Assembly: GCA_964016885.1 (NCBI GenBank)
Contig: OZ024756.1
Location: forward strand, 23,188,001-23,252,000
Direction of reading: 5' to 3'
Length of the DNA stretch: 64,000 nucleotides
DNA from: Eledone cirrhosa
Taxonomy: Eukaryota
The stretch's first letter is position 1; every line of letters begins with the position of its first letter. The position numbers and the translations under genes were made by a program. The notes under the pieces were generated by a model that worked only from the letters and a program-made list of their open reading frames with translations, was not told where the DNA came from and did not search any database. Shown here piece after piece: positions 1 through 13,055 of this stretch.

Positions 1-1040
1 ACTACGTTAAAAATAGCAACATCTTTGAAATACTCAAGACATTCGCTAATTCAGTAAGAGGGTAGAAATGCTTGTCGAACGAGTAGAATATCTATCGACA
101 AACTGTAAAAATTTCTTTTGCTTTCTTTTTTATTGTGTGTAGACAGGCAAAGATTAACACACACACAATATATATATATATATATATATACACGTACGTA
201 TCTATGTATGTGTATGCAGCTACATACATGAATCCACATTCTAATACAAACAGACACTCGCGCTTTATAGGTAAATATATACTTATTCACATATGCAAAT
301 ATACGTACATAGTCAAACAAACACACACACACACACACACACAAATGTACCCTGTGTACACGTATATACATCTATCGTAACGCGCTGAATACACGCAAAT
401 ACACACACATGTGCAGTGTCAACCAGGTAAGTCGGCGCAAACACGTGGGTCAAAGTCAACTGAAACACGCCCAAATTCCTGGTGGAATATTTCATAGAAG
501 AGCAAAAGCGACGGTAATCGGGTTAGTCTGTACCGTAAATATGTTAAAAACTATTGAATACATCAAATTACGATGCTTTTGTTATCAGTATTTTGTAAAC
601 AAAATACCTAACTATTTGTAGGAAATACTTTGTCGTTGTTAGAAAGCAATAATAAATAAAATCCATTGAAATCTCAAATTGAGTTATTGCTTAGGAAAAT
701 ATCTGGCGAGTAAGCACGATACGTAACTCTGTTCGATATGAGATATTATAAACTGCTGAAGGCAGTAGAAGTATTTTAAAACCGAAACCAATTACATGTA
801 AAACGAACTGCGATTGAAGTACGGGTTGTATACAATATTATTTGGAAACGAAGTTTGGTTTATATGAAGAAAGAACAACGTCGCACGAAATACAAAATGC
901 AATACAAAAATTTAAAATATACAGGTTGTCTGAAATAGGAAAAGGACCAACCATATGATTCAGAAGAAATAGAAGAGAGTGTAATGGAACTTCGACAGCA
1001 GTTTCAGAACTATATGTGTGTATCTATATATATATATATA

Positions 1041-1232
1041 GGGAAATGTTTGACCCCGACGGCAGAGCTCAAGACGTTTCGACGGCTATTTCTAGTCCAA
1101 AAATAGCCGTCGAAACGGCTTGAACTCTGCCGTCGGGGTTAAACATTTTCCTATTACCCACTCTACTACCCTAAGTATTGAGTACTCTGGTGCGTTATGG
1201 TCCATCTGGTTCCTTACCACACCTCCTTCGTT
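1041..1232 (+). mobile_element. Family A TA-flanked fold-back element (3' half of hammerhead plus ~95 nt tail), Penelope-like non-autonomous
   Basis: (TA)n on both sides; inverted arms ~1039-1154; GAAACGGC-TTGAACTCT-GCCGTC^GGGGT followed by the tail ...TATTGAGTACT...CCTTCGTT shared with 6 other copies. Confidence 0.8.
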
Positions 1233-1309
1233 ATATATATATATATGAAGTATTGCCATAGCAAGGGTAAAGAAAAAGAGAGTGCTCTATGTATGCTACA
1301 ATATTAAAT

Positions 1310-1382
1310 TTTCATTCTGATGAGTGATACAAGACGTCTCTGTTGAGCTCGTCTGTCTTCGTGAAACCTTTGGTAAATGGAA
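1310..1382 (+). ncRNA. Type-I hammerhead ribozyme (family D, long stem II)
   Basis: TTTCATT CTGATGA(1317) [stem II incl. AGACG/CGTCT] GAAA(1363) CC-TTT-GG TA^ AATGGAA; 7-bp stem I. Confidence 0.75.
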
Positions 1383-1905
1383 TAATTGTCTTATGTTGTT
1401 TAAGAGACACTTCCGCTTGCCTTAACTCTAAGACTGAGATCTTCAGATGCTGTCCTCATCTGAAATCGCATCTGATCTGTAACTGGATTGACACTCCTAC
1501 GATAAATCAACCGCCTTGAACTCCTTCTCTGCTCTTTACTTTTGCTACGGCTTTTATTTTGCTGCTTCTACCTTCTGTACTCTTGTATTTAAAAAATTTT
1601 TTTCTCCCTTACCTCCCCTTATATTTTTACCTCCTCTAGGCCCCCCACCCCATATATTCTTTTTGTTTTGCCCTTCACATACCTATGTGTATGTGTATGT
1701 ATTTTTGTGTGTATATATGTATACGTGTACGTATATGTTTGTGTATGTATATATATGTGTATGTATGTATGTGTATGTGTGTGTATATGTGTGTATGTAT
1801 ATATGTCTGTATATATATATATATATATATATGTACATATATATATATATGTATATATATATATATGTGTGTGTGCGTGTCTGTATGTGTGTATATATTT
1901 GTATA

Positions 1906-1964
1906 TTTCATTCTGAAGATTGAAGGAAACTTTTTTTGCTTTTAAGAAACCTCTGGTGAATGGA
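1906..1964 (+). ncRNA. Degenerate hammerhead ribozyme (family D; cleavage triplet reads GUG)
   Basis: TTCATT CTGAAGA(1913) TTGAAGG..GCTTTTAA GAAA(1946) CCTCTGG TG AATGGA; homologous to the 3185 copy. Confidence 0.65.
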
Positions 1965-2180
1965 TTAATTGCCTTGTATGGCTTTATTACTTTACTACTA
2001 TATATACGTTTATGTAAGGTTCATTTGTCTTATCTAATACTGAGCTTTACACATACACACATGTATATGTGTGTGTATGTGATATATACGTATTTGCATG
2101 TGTATAATTGTTTAGCTATGTATGTATATGTGTGTTTACGTATTTATATGTGTGTGTGCGTTTATATTTTTATATTTTTG

Positions 2181-2243
<63 letters not shown>

Positions 2244-2639
2244 GTGTGTGTGTGTGTATATAATTACATATACATGTGTGTGTTTATATTGTATACGTGT
2301 ACGTGTTTGCGTATGTATGTGTATGTACGTGTTTATGTATTTGTATATGTATATTTATGTGTGAGAGTGTGTGTATGTGTTTACTATTTCGAACGTATGT
2401 ATATGCGCTTATGTGTGTATTACTTACCACGCGTGTCTGTCCTGTTAGCTGGGGCATGTATCGCTGTCAAATATTTGTTAATATTATTTATATATTTTTT
2501 TCTTATATTTATTTGCGTGTGTTAATATGTAGTGGAGTGCATTCATGTATGTGTATGTATGTACGTTGTATGTTTGTGTGAATGTATGTATATGTGTGTG
2601 TATATATATGTGTGTGTGTATGTGTAGGCTTGTAGACAC

Positions 2640-2687
<48 letters not shown>

Positions 2688-2710
2688 ATATGTGTATATG
2701 TGTGTATATG

Positions 2711-2754
<44 letters not shown>

Positions 2755-2776
2755 GATATGTACATGTGTATATATA

Positions 2777-2814
<38 letters not shown>

Positions 2815-2915
2815 CGTGTGTATGTATGAATATATGTATGTGTATATATGTGTATATATATGTGTATGTGTGTGTAGGTGTACGCTCTTTATATATATAT
2901 GTGTGTATGTATGTG

Positions 2916-2972
<57 letters not shown>

Positions 2973-3184
2973 ATATGTATGTGTATGTGTATATGTGTAT
3001 GCGTGCAAATTATATGTGTATATATGTGTGTGTGTGTAAGTATGCTTTTGGGTTTTTTGTGTGTGTTTGCATGTGTAGTTTTATTTTATTTTATTTTTCC
3101 TTTCCTTCTCCCTTTTCCAGCCTCACTTTCATATAGATTGCATTTTCGTTTTTAGAATCCATATTCAATAAACAAACCAGGATT

Positions 3185-3244
3185 TTTCATTCTGAGGATT
3201 GAAAGCAAAACCTTTTGCTTTTAAGAAACCACTGGTAAATGGAA
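3185..3244 (+). ncRNA. Type-I hammerhead ribozyme (family D)
   Basis: TTTCATT CTGAGGA(3192) TTGAAAGCAAAA-CC-TTTTGCTTTTAA (11-12 bp stem II) GAAA(3225) CC-ACT-GG TA^ AATGGAA; ~35 nt tail then (TA)n. Confidence 0.8.
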
Positions 3245-3270
3245 TAATTGCCTTATGTTGTTTATTACAT

Positions 3271-3317
<47 letters not shown>

Positions 3318-3319
<2 letters not shown>

Positions 3320-3528
3320 AGGGGCCAGAATTCATAACTCGCTTGTTAGATAGATTTCTTAACATCCTTATTTTATTGTTATTGTATTGTTTTAATTTAT
3401 TATTTTATTTCTTAATATGCTTAGCAGGTTTCTTAATTTAGATTTTTTATTTCTTAATATTCCTCACGGGTTTTTTTATTGTTAATAGATCTATACATAA
3501 TCAAGTGAGTCAGGAATTCTGGCCCACC

Positions 3529-3530
<2 letters not shown>
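3318..3530. mobile_element. MITE with ~28-bp imperfect TIRs (Tc1/mariner-like)
   Basis: Left GGGCCAGAATTCATAACTCGCTTG versus right CAAGTGAGTCAGGAATTCTGGCCC; AT-rich interior. Confidence 0.55.
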
Positions 3531-3568
<38 letters not shown>

Positions 3569-3717
3569 TTGAACCTGTTATTTTTCTCTAAAAACAAATT
3601 TATGCTTCTGCCCTGCCCGTCTCTTCAATCTTCCTAATATACTCACACTCAACTATCCCAAATATCGAGTACTCTGTTCAGCAATGGTCTAACTAGTTTG
3701 TAACTGATTTAAACATG

Positions 3718-3756
<39 letters not shown>

Positions 3757-3758
<2 letters not shown>

Positions 3759-3902
3759 AACCAGTAAGACCCCGACAGCTGAGCTCGGCTTGAGCTCAGC
3801 TGTCGGGGTCTTACTGGTTCCTATTACCCACTCTACTACCTCAAGTATTGAGTACTTTGGTGCGTTATGGTCCACCTGGTTCCTTACCACATTTCCTTCG
3901 TT
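3757..3902 (+). mobile_element. Family A fold-back element (short arms)
   Basis: Palindrome 3755-3823 turning at GAGCTC-GGCTT-GAGCTC (stem/loop III region); standard tail; TA flanks. Confidence 0.8.
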
Positions 3903-4184
3903 ATATATATATGTTATATATATATATTATATATATATAAGAGTGTTAGAGTTTGCATGAAGCATTGTGGAATGTTAAAAATAGTCGTTTGTAGTTAGCA
4001 CTGTTGCTGGTAAATAGTATTGGTGAATATAGTAGCTACTATTATACACGAGAGATTTTAATATCGATATCTATAATGTTGTTTTGACCAGATTATTATT
4101 GATTGAGCAGAGCAATAATCTAAGGCAATCCCGCCATAACCATCCCGAAATGTAGAGGTTCGTAAGACATGAAAAAGTAAATAA

Positions 4185-4280
4185 AGGACTCGGGTTGATA
4201 TGGTCGTCTAAATCATTTGAAGGTGGTGCCCCAGTAAGACCAGAGTCTAGTGACTAAAACAAGTAAAGAAAAAAATAAAA
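4185..4280 (+). mobile_element. Decayed SINE 3' fragment
   Basis: AAGGTGGTGCCCCAG...TGACTAAAACAAGTAAAGAAAAAA resembles an octopus SINE tail (recognition from memory). Confidence 0.4.
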
Positions 4281-5126
4281 GAGAACTTTACTAACCATAT
4301 TATTGGAGGGAACAGTTTAGGCGTTAACCTTTTGAACGGGAAGAGTTCAAGATTAGGTGAACACCAATATTTCATCGGGTTACGCGATATAACGCAAAAT
4401 TTGAGGGTCTGATGTCCTGCATAGCACTCCTACTGATTACAACAACAATATGTACCTACTGATATATAAGTAAAGCATTGGGTGGGCTGGTGGGCTGGTG
4501 AGCTGGTGGCAGCTCAGGTGGACGAGGATTTAAAGTAACTTAGTTACCTCGGTAGTTAAGTTTTGGGGGGTGAGCTTTTGTGTTAAGTATGGAATTTCTT
4601 CCAATATCACACTCATACACACTAACACACTAACACACATTTACAGGCCACAGGGGATTTTCTGTCTATTTAGTAGAGGCTTCACACAGCGAGTGTATGT
4701 GAGTGTTAGTATGAGTGTGTGGGCATGTGTGTATGTGCGTGTGTGTATGTACGTGTGTGTATGTGCGTGTGTGTATGTGCGTGTGTGTATGTGTGAGGGT
4801 TAGCATGAGTGTGTGGGCATGTGTGTATGTGCGTGTGTGTGTGTGCCTGTGTGTATGTGCGTGTGTGTATGTGTGAGGGTTAGCATGAGTGTGTGGGCAT
4901 GTGTGTATGTGCGTGTGTGTATGTGCGTGTGTCAATAAATATATCTACCAGCCTCTAAATACCTATATCTATTGTCTCTGTGTATCTGTCTATACATATC
5001 AGTATATGACTGAATCTGTCAATATGACTACCAGAGACTAAGGGGGATAGGTAGACAACCAACCAATGTGTTGTTATGTCTCTCTGCCTTCCCTGTTGGT
5101 ATATTTACCTGCCTCAATGTCGAACT

Positions 5127-6237
5127 GTATATCTATAACTCTATATGTATATCTATAACTCTATATGTCTATCTATAACTCTATATGTCTATCTATAACT
5201 TTATATGTCTATCTATAACTCTATATGTCTATCTATAACTCTATATGTCTATCTATAACTCCATATGTCTATCTATAACTCCATATGTCTATCTATAACT
5301 CCATATGTCTATCTATAACTTTATATGTCTATCTATAACTCTATATGTCTATCTATAACTCTATATGTCTATCTATAACTCTATATGTCTATCTATAACT
5401 CTATATGTCTATCTATAACTCCATATGTCTATCTATAACTCTATATGTCTATCTATAACTTTATATGTCTATCTATAACTCCATATGTCTATCTATAACT
5501 CTATATGTCTATCTATAACTTTATATGTCTATCTATAACTCTATATGTCTATCTATAACTCCATATGTCTATCTATAACTCTATATGTCTATCTATAACT
5601 CTATATGTCTATCTATAACTCTATATGTCTATCTATAACTCTATATGTCTATCTATAACTCCATATGTCTATCTATAACTCCATATGTCTATCTATAACT
5701 CTATATGTCTATCTATAACTTTATATGTCTATCTATAACTTTATATGTCTATCTATAACTCTATATGTCTATCTATAACTCTATATGTCTATCTATAACT
5801 CTATATGTCTATCTATAACTCTATATGTCTATCTATAACTCTATATGTCTATCTATAACTCCATATGTCTATCTATAACTCTATATGTCTATCTATAACT
5901 TTATATGTCTATCTATAACTCTATATGTCTATCTATAACTCTATATGTCTATCTATAACTCTATATGTCTATCTATAACTCTATATGTCTATCTATAACT
6001 CTATATGTCTATCTATAACTCTATATGTCTATCTATAACTCTATATGTCTATCTATAACTCTATATGTCTATCTATAACTCCATATGTCTATCTATAACT
6101 CTATATGTATATCTATAACTCTATATGTCTATCTATAACTCTATATGTCTATCTATAACTCCATATGTCTATCTATAACTCTATATGTCTATCTATAACT
6201 CCATATGTCTATCTATAACTCTATATGTCTATCTATC
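5127..6237. repeat. 20-bp minisatellite (CTATATGTCTATCTATAACT), ~55 copies
   Basis: Exact 20-bp period with CT/CC/TT variants at the start of the unit. Confidence 0.97.
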
Positions 6238-6429
6238 CACCCGCTATGATAAAGACCAAATGTAATAGAAATGTAAGACCAGAAAAAGAAGAGGCACAAA
6301 GAATCGATAGTCATTGAGGAGGTCACAGATTTGTGTGATGAAAGAGTTTTCACGGAAGAATATATAAAAATGTCGGATTCAGCTCAGGATACTTGCTGAA
6401 CAAATATATAGATAGATATATATACTTAT

Positions 6430-6476
<47 letters not shown>

Positions 6477-6563
6477 AATATATATATAAATACACAAACA
6501 TTGGCATATATATATATATGTATATAACACACACACACATATATATATACACACACATACACA

Positions 6564-6598
<35 letters not shown>

Positions 6599-6812
6599 TT
6601 ATATATATATACATTCATATATATATATATGTAAATATACATTCATATATATACATATACATTTATATATATATATATATATGTGTAAATTCATATATAT
6701 ATATATGTAAATATACATTCATATATATACATATACATTTATATATATATATATATATGTGTAAATTCATATATATATATATGTAAATATACATTCATAT
6801 ATATACATATAC

Positions 6813-6852
<40 letters not shown>

Positions 6853-6948
6853 TCATATATATATATATATAATCAAATAAAATACAGAGTTACTAACTCA
6901 TATAGATACCCTGCAATTAAGAAGCTCAAAGTATAAATACTGAGCATT

Positions 6949-7131
6949 TGGATTGGCAGTATCGGTAGAGGGTCGGACGCCATGCTTTGACGCATAGAGT
7001 TACGGCCCTTGCCATTCTGAGTTCAAATCCCGCCGAGGTTAACTTTGCCTTTCATCCTTACGGGGTCTTATAAAATAAAGTACCAGTAATACACTGGATA
7101 ATTGCTGGCCTTGTGCCAAAAGTAGAAACAT
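6949..7131 (+). mobile_element. tRNA-derived SINE (family S1, octopus-type)
   Basis: A box-like TGGCAGTATCGG; B box GAGTTCAAATCC; body CTTTGCCTTTCATCCTTACGGGGTC..AAATAAAGTACCAG; tail GGCCTTGTGCC..AGTAGAAAC. Confidence 0.9.
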
Positions 7132-7175
7132 TTATATATATTTGTATATACATATATATATATATATAGTAATAA

Positions 7176-7366
7176 TAATTGTTTCTACTTTAGGCACAAG
7201 GCCAGCAATAACCCAGTACATTACTGGTACTTTATTTTATCGACCCCGTAAGGATGAAAGGCAAAGTCAACCTCGGCGGGATTTGAACTCAGATCGTAAA
7301 AGGACGTAACTATGCTAGAAAGCATGGCGTCCGACCCTCCACCGATACTGCCAATCCACCGCCCTT
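7176..7366 (-). mobile_element. SINE S1, full length, inverted relative to the 6949 copy
   Basis: Reverse complement of the S1 consensus. Confidence 0.9.
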
Positions 7367-7695
7367 TATATAGTAATAATAATAAATTGGAGACTAAAAT
7401 CCAAAGAGGGCTCGATAAGGATAAATATATATCAAATATATAAGAACCGTAGAGCAAATATTTAATCTGTTATTTTAATAAATATATATATATATATATA
7501 TACATACATACATACATACATACACATAATATATAGAGATAAACACAGAAAAATGTGTCTAAAATTACCAGGGCTAGAAACCACCTTGGTATGAAGAATA
7601 TAATCTAAGAAGCAAACGGAAATCACAAGATAAAAGTTGAATTAGTATGAGTATTTAACTGCTTTTTATTTGAATATATATATACATATACATAT

Positions 7696-8305
7696 ATGGT
7701 GGCTGCCAACTCGTTTTCGAGTACGGCCACTACTTTATATCCATATAGGAGAACCCCTACCGATGCGCTGAACGAGTGTGACCTTTTAGTCCAGCCAGCG
7801 ACTTGAAAACTCTGGTACAAACACTACACTTGTGACAAATATTGACACATAGTGCTGGGCCCATGGTACCCTGTGACGACAAGTGCAGAGAGATCTCCAG
7901 ATATAAAGCAATGCCTGTGCCGTGAAGCTTTTATAGTGAGCAAAGGCACTGCACAAAGCCAGTCCCACTCTCTTAACCAAGATGATATTTACCAAAAAGA
8001 AGAACAAGTCAACATCATTGGATACCATCAGAGTTGCAGGTGTTATATCAGAGTTTTCCTTCTCCTAGAATTCTGCCTTGACAAAGGCTAAAGGGTCATC
8101 TCTCCCGGTGATTTTGGATGGCCATTGACTCTTAAGAGCTCCTTTGCCCTTTGACAGGTCTTGTTTTTAGTCCTGCAGGATGTCCAAAGTCACCCTCCTC
8201 ACCAAGAAACCTTGGTGGGGTTGCCAGTTTAGTCGCCAACGACCCGACCATGGGTCAGGTTGTACTGGGATACATGTTACCAGTAGCACCAACTGGTGAC
8301 CTGAC
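7696..8305 (-). mobile_element. Non-autonomous bipartite RTE-clade derivative (5'UTR-like part fused to RTE 3' end)
   Basis: 7696-7877 matches the RTE 3' end at 56051-56231; 7696-8058 matches 56691-57056; the upstream part has the RTE-5'UTR-like motif GGAGAAGGAAAACTCTGA; microsatellite tail. Confidence 0.65.
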
Positions 8306-9436
8306 ATATACATATACACATACATACATACACACATACACACATACATATACATATGTATACACATATATCTACATACACAGAAATATACACATATATA
8401 AACAAATATGTATATACATATATAGACACGTTTGCGTTATTTCACGTATGTATATATTTATACATACATACATACATACATACATACATACATACATACA
8501 TACATACATACATACATACCTATACATATGTATACACATATATCTACATACACAGAAATATACACATATAGAAACAAATATGTATAAACATATATAGACA
8601 CGTTTGCGTTATTTCACGTATGTATATATTTATACATACATACATACATACATACCTATACATATGAGCCTGTCTGTCTCAATTACATATATGTATACAT
8701 ATATATATATATACACACACACACACATATATACATGTACGTATTTACGCATACATATACACATACATACATACACACATACACACACGCACACACACAC
8801 ACACATACATATGTATACACATATATCTACATACACAGAAATATACACACATATATAAACAAATATGTATATACATATATAGACACGTTTGCGTTATTTC
8901 ACGTATGTATATATTTATACATACATACATACATACCTATACATATGAGCCTGTCTGTCTCAATTACATATATGTATACATATATATATATATATACACA
9001 CACATACATATATACATGTACGTATTTACGCACACTCACTCGCACATGAAGATATACAGACAGACAGGACAATAATTAGCTTGCTGATAAGAAAATTGTA
9101 TAAGAAAGAAGAAGCCATAATGTTACAAAAGTTAATTCCAAAATTAATGCATAGGAAATACCTGTTGGTGTGTACAGTAAGATTAAATGTTGGGTCTGTT
9201 GTCTGCGTTGAGGTAAGCAAACCAGTCATCTTTGAGATTGTGTTTTATTTATTGTCTACCCTGTATACAAATACACATAAACGATATATATATATATATA
9301 TATATATAGTGTAGGAGGTGAGTTTTATTGTAGTACAATAAAGCAATGCAGATATCGGATAAGAAGCACTCTACAGTTTGTAGGACTGGAGTATACATAA
9401 TATATAGGATCAAAAGATGGTTAAAGGAGTTCCATG

Positions 9437-9507
9437 TATTTTATTATGCGCATTTCAAAAACAAACATCATCATGCAATAATATTTGTGTTTTCATCAGA
9501 TAAAACA
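9437..9507 (-). ncRNA. Type-I minimal hammerhead ribozyme (family B)
   Basis: Reverse complement of 9570-9640; TCATCAG at 9493-9499. Confidence 0.85.
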
Positions 9508-9569
9508 GGAGAACATGATATGAAGGCTACTATCCACAAGTGCTTTTTAGCCTTCATTTCATGTTCTCC

Positions 9570-9640
9570 TGTTTTATCTGATGAAAACACAAATATTATT
9601 GCATGATGATGTTTGTTTTTGAAATGCGCATAATAAAATA
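9570..9640 (+). ncRNA. Type-I minimal hammerhead ribozyme (family B)
   Basis: TGTTTTAT CTGATGA(9578); 16-position stem II (15 pairs incl. G-U, loop GCAT); GAAA(9621) TGCGCA TA^ ATAAAATA; palindromic loop III; 8-bp stem I. Confidence 0.88.
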
Positions 9641-9702
9641 CATGGAACTCCTTTAACCATCTTTTGATCTTATATATTATGTATATATATATATATATAT
9701 AT

Positions 9703-9824
9703 GTAGGAGGTGAGTTTTATTGTAGTACAATAAAGCAATGCAGATATCGGATAAGAAGCATAATATGCGCATAATAAAATACATGGAACTCATTTAACCA
9801 TCTTTTGATCTTATATATTATGTA
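9703..9824. mobile_element. Rearranged family B fragment
   Basis: 58 bp of the 3' end on the minus strand joined to a plus-strand segment that starts at ATGCGCATA (loop III/cleavage site). Confidence 0.75.
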
Positions 9825-9890
9825 TATATATATATATATATACATATACAATATATTAAAAAATGGAAACTATATTTATAAAACCATATT

Positions 9891-9956
9891 TATTTTATTA
9901 TACATATTTCAAGGGCAACCAAGGCAAATTATGGTGCGCTTTCATCAGATAAAATA
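9891..9956 (-). ncRNA. Type-I minimal hammerhead ribozyme (family C; element ~9849-10056)
   Basis: Reverse complement: TATTTTAT CTGATGA AAGCGCACCA..TGGTTGCCCTT GAAA TATGTA TA^ ATAAAATA; perfect 8-bp stem I. Confidence 0.8.
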
Positions 9957-10081
9957 CAGATTTGTTTTATAAATAAATATTGACATATCCGGAAAAAAAG
10001 ACAACCTTAACGGTTGGAGCTTCCTGGATAGTTTTTAAATTAAATATAACCTCTGCATATATATATATGTGCACTTCTATG

Positions 10082-10134
<53 letters not shown>

Positions 10135-10135
<1 letters not shown>

Positions 10136-10295
10136 ACGAAGTAATTGTGGTAAGGAACCAGATGGACCATAACGCACCAGAGCACTCAATACTTAGGGTA
10201 GTAGAATGGGTAATAGGAAAAAGTATGACCCCGACGGCTATTTCTCAAGAAATAGCCGTCGAAACGGCTTGAGCTCTGCCGTCGGGGTCATACTT

Positions 10296-10299
<4 letters not shown>
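10135..10299 (-). mobile_element. Family A fold-back element
   Basis: Tail on the minus strand; one arm deleted between two GACGGC repeats; the other arm has GAAACGGCTTGAGCTCTGCCGTC^GGGGTC. Confidence 0.8.
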
Positions 10300-10335
<36 letters not shown>

Positions 10336-10406
10336 ACACACGTCTGTCTAGGGCTATATATACATATATATATGCATTTCTGTATATATTTATGTTATAC
10401 ACTTCT

Positions 10407-10438
<32 letters not shown>

Positions 10439-10728
10439 ACACATACACACAAAAGTGTATATATATATATATATATATACATACACTCAAGTGTATATAT
10501 ATATATAAACACACGTCTGTTTGTGTGTGTACATATGTGTGTAGGTGTGTGTGCGTATGGCTATATACATATATATATATACACGCTCACATACATACAC
10601 TTATATGTCTACTAATACCTGCATACTTCGACGTGGGAGTTGTTATCTCTGTGGGCGCGTTCTCTCTGCTCATTGTTGCGTGTATATGCATATGTCTGCA
10701 TCTCTCTCATATATATACGTATATATTT

Positions 10729-10729
<1 letters not shown>

Positions 10730-10763
<34 letters not shown>

Positions 10764-10843
10764 AATATATATATATATAAATATATATATAAATATATAT
10801 ATAAATATATATATATATAAATATATATATAAATATATATATA

Positions 10844-10895
<52 letters not shown>

Positions 10896-11218
10896 TATAT
10901 ATATAAATAAATATATATATATAAATAAATATATATAAATAAATATATATAAATAAATATATATAAATAAATATATATAAATAAATATATATATATAAAT
11001 AAATATATATAAATAAATATATATAAATAAATATATATATATAAATATATATATATAAATAAATATATATATATAAATAAATATATATAAATAAATATAT
11101 ATATATAAATAATATATATATAAATAAATATATATATATAAATAATATATATATAAATAATATATATATATATAAATAATATATATATAAATAATATATA
11201 TATAAATATATATATATA

Positions 11219-11274
<56 letters not shown>

Positions 11275-11289
11275 AATATATATATATAA

Positions 11290-11328
<39 letters not shown>

Positions 11329-11734
11329 TATATATATATAAATATATATATATAAATATATATATATAAATAAATATATATATATAAATAAATATATATA
11401 TATAAATATATATATATAAATAAATATATATATATATAAATAAATATATATATAAATAAATATATATATATATAAATAAATATTTATAAATAAATATATA
11501 TATATAAATAAATATATATAAATAAATATATATAAATAAATATATATAAATAAATATATATATATAAATAAATATATATAAATAAATATATATAAATAAA
11601 TATATATATATAAATAATATATATATAAATATATATATATAAATAAATATATATAAATAAATATATATATATAAATAAATATATATAAATAAATATATAT
11701 ATATAAATAATATATATATAAATATATATATATA

Positions 11735-11790
<56 letters not shown>

Positions 11791-11834
11791 AATATATATA
11801 TATAAATATATAAATATATATATATATATATATA

Positions 11835-11886
<52 letters not shown>

Positions 11887-11908
11887 AATATATATATATA
11901 TAAATATA

Positions 11909-11942
<34 letters not shown>

Positions 11943-11997
11943 AATATATAAATATAAATATATATATATAAATATATATAAATATATATATATATAA

Positions 11998-12058
<61 letters not shown>
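10730..12058. repeat. ~1.3 kb (TA)n/(TAAA) compound microsatellite
   Basis: Only A and T over the whole span. Confidence 0.98.
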
Positions 12059-12060
<2 letters not shown>

Positions 12061-12118
12061 CAAGTATTGCACCAAGAAAAATATAAACGTCGGCGTCAAG
12101 GAGATTACGAATTTATTT

Positions 12119-12229
12119 GCTTTAACATATGTTTCTGTGTTATTGTAATCGTCTACATATGGTGACTACTTATATATTGTTCAATCTCATATGCATTATT
12201 TAATTATTTATCACACTTCATCAGAAAGC
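12119..12229 (-). ncRNA. Hammerhead ribozyme with extended stem II (element ~12059-12380)
   Basis: Reverse complement: GCTTT CTGATGA [82 nt: GTGT/ACAC, TGCATATG/CATATGTA] GAAA CATATG TT^ AAAGC; palindromic loop III; A.A mismatch at the base of stem II. Confidence 0.6.
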
Positions 12230-12382
12230 CTATCACGGTGGAAGTGACTATTCACTACGTGGTAGAATTCTGGATATTTATGCTATACGATTCAAAGAAT
12301 ACCGTCGAGTCAAACTCTTTGGTAAGTAGCTTTCTTGTTTAAGCATTCATTCCTAATATACATAAAGAAACCTTAGCTAGCT

Positions 12383-12421
<39 letters not shown>

Positions 12422-12475
12422 AATTAGGGAGGCAGGTATGTTAGTAGGTAAGTAGGTGGATATATATATATATAT

Positions 12476-12602
12476 AACGGAGGAAATGTGGTGGACCATA
12501 ACGCACCAAAGTACTAAATACTTAGGGTAGTAGAGTGGGTAATAGGAACGAGTAGGACCCCGACGGCTGAGCTCAAGCCGTTTCGACGGCTAATTCTGGA
12601 CT
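12476..12602 (-). mobile_element. Family A element, single arm without fold-back
   Basis: Tail plus HHR 3' half, truncated at AGTCCAG, joined directly to (TA)n. Confidence 0.8.
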
Positions 12603-13055
12603 ATATATATATACATAAAACGATATATGTATATATGGAGATGGATATGTTATGTACGTAGGTAAATATATTTTCATATATCGATATATATATGTATGCA
12701 GGTAGATCTTTTTTCATGTATCGATATATGTATATATGCAGGTAGGTATGTTAACATGTGCGTTGGTTGATATATGTATACCTGTCACCGTTGTTCCGAG
12801 TTGGATTGGTCCAGTGCAAGACCTTTCTTCACTTAAAAAAGCTTCCAGCACAAGCATCACTTGATATAAATGACTGCCACGTATGTTGCGTGAGTATGAC
12901 CTTTTGTTTCATTTTTCAGAGAAGAAGAGAAAGAAGTGGAAGATGAGTATGGAGGAGAGGAAAATAAATGGTTCATGTATGCATATATGAGCATGTGTAT
13001 GTATATATACGTATGTGTGTGTATGTGTGTATATATATATAGAGAGAGAGAGAAA

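Larger units (their letters stand above)
9311..9682 (-). mobile_element. Family B hammerhead element with inverted 5' duplication
   Basis: 3' end GTAGGAGGTGAG at 9311 abuts (TA)n; arms ~9395-9529 and ~9548-9682; matches 40795-41032. Confidence 0.85.

Noticed and set aside
6949-7040. tRNA genes at SINE heads
   Set aside because: A and B boxes are present, but they continue into SINE body and tail and there is no full cloverleaf
8215-8305. HDV-like ribozyme at the 5' end of the RTE derivative
   Set aside because: P1-like and P3/L3-like (TGTA-TCCCAG-TACA) parts and a CTAA are present, but the P1.1 GG and the P2 register do not fit the double pseudoknot
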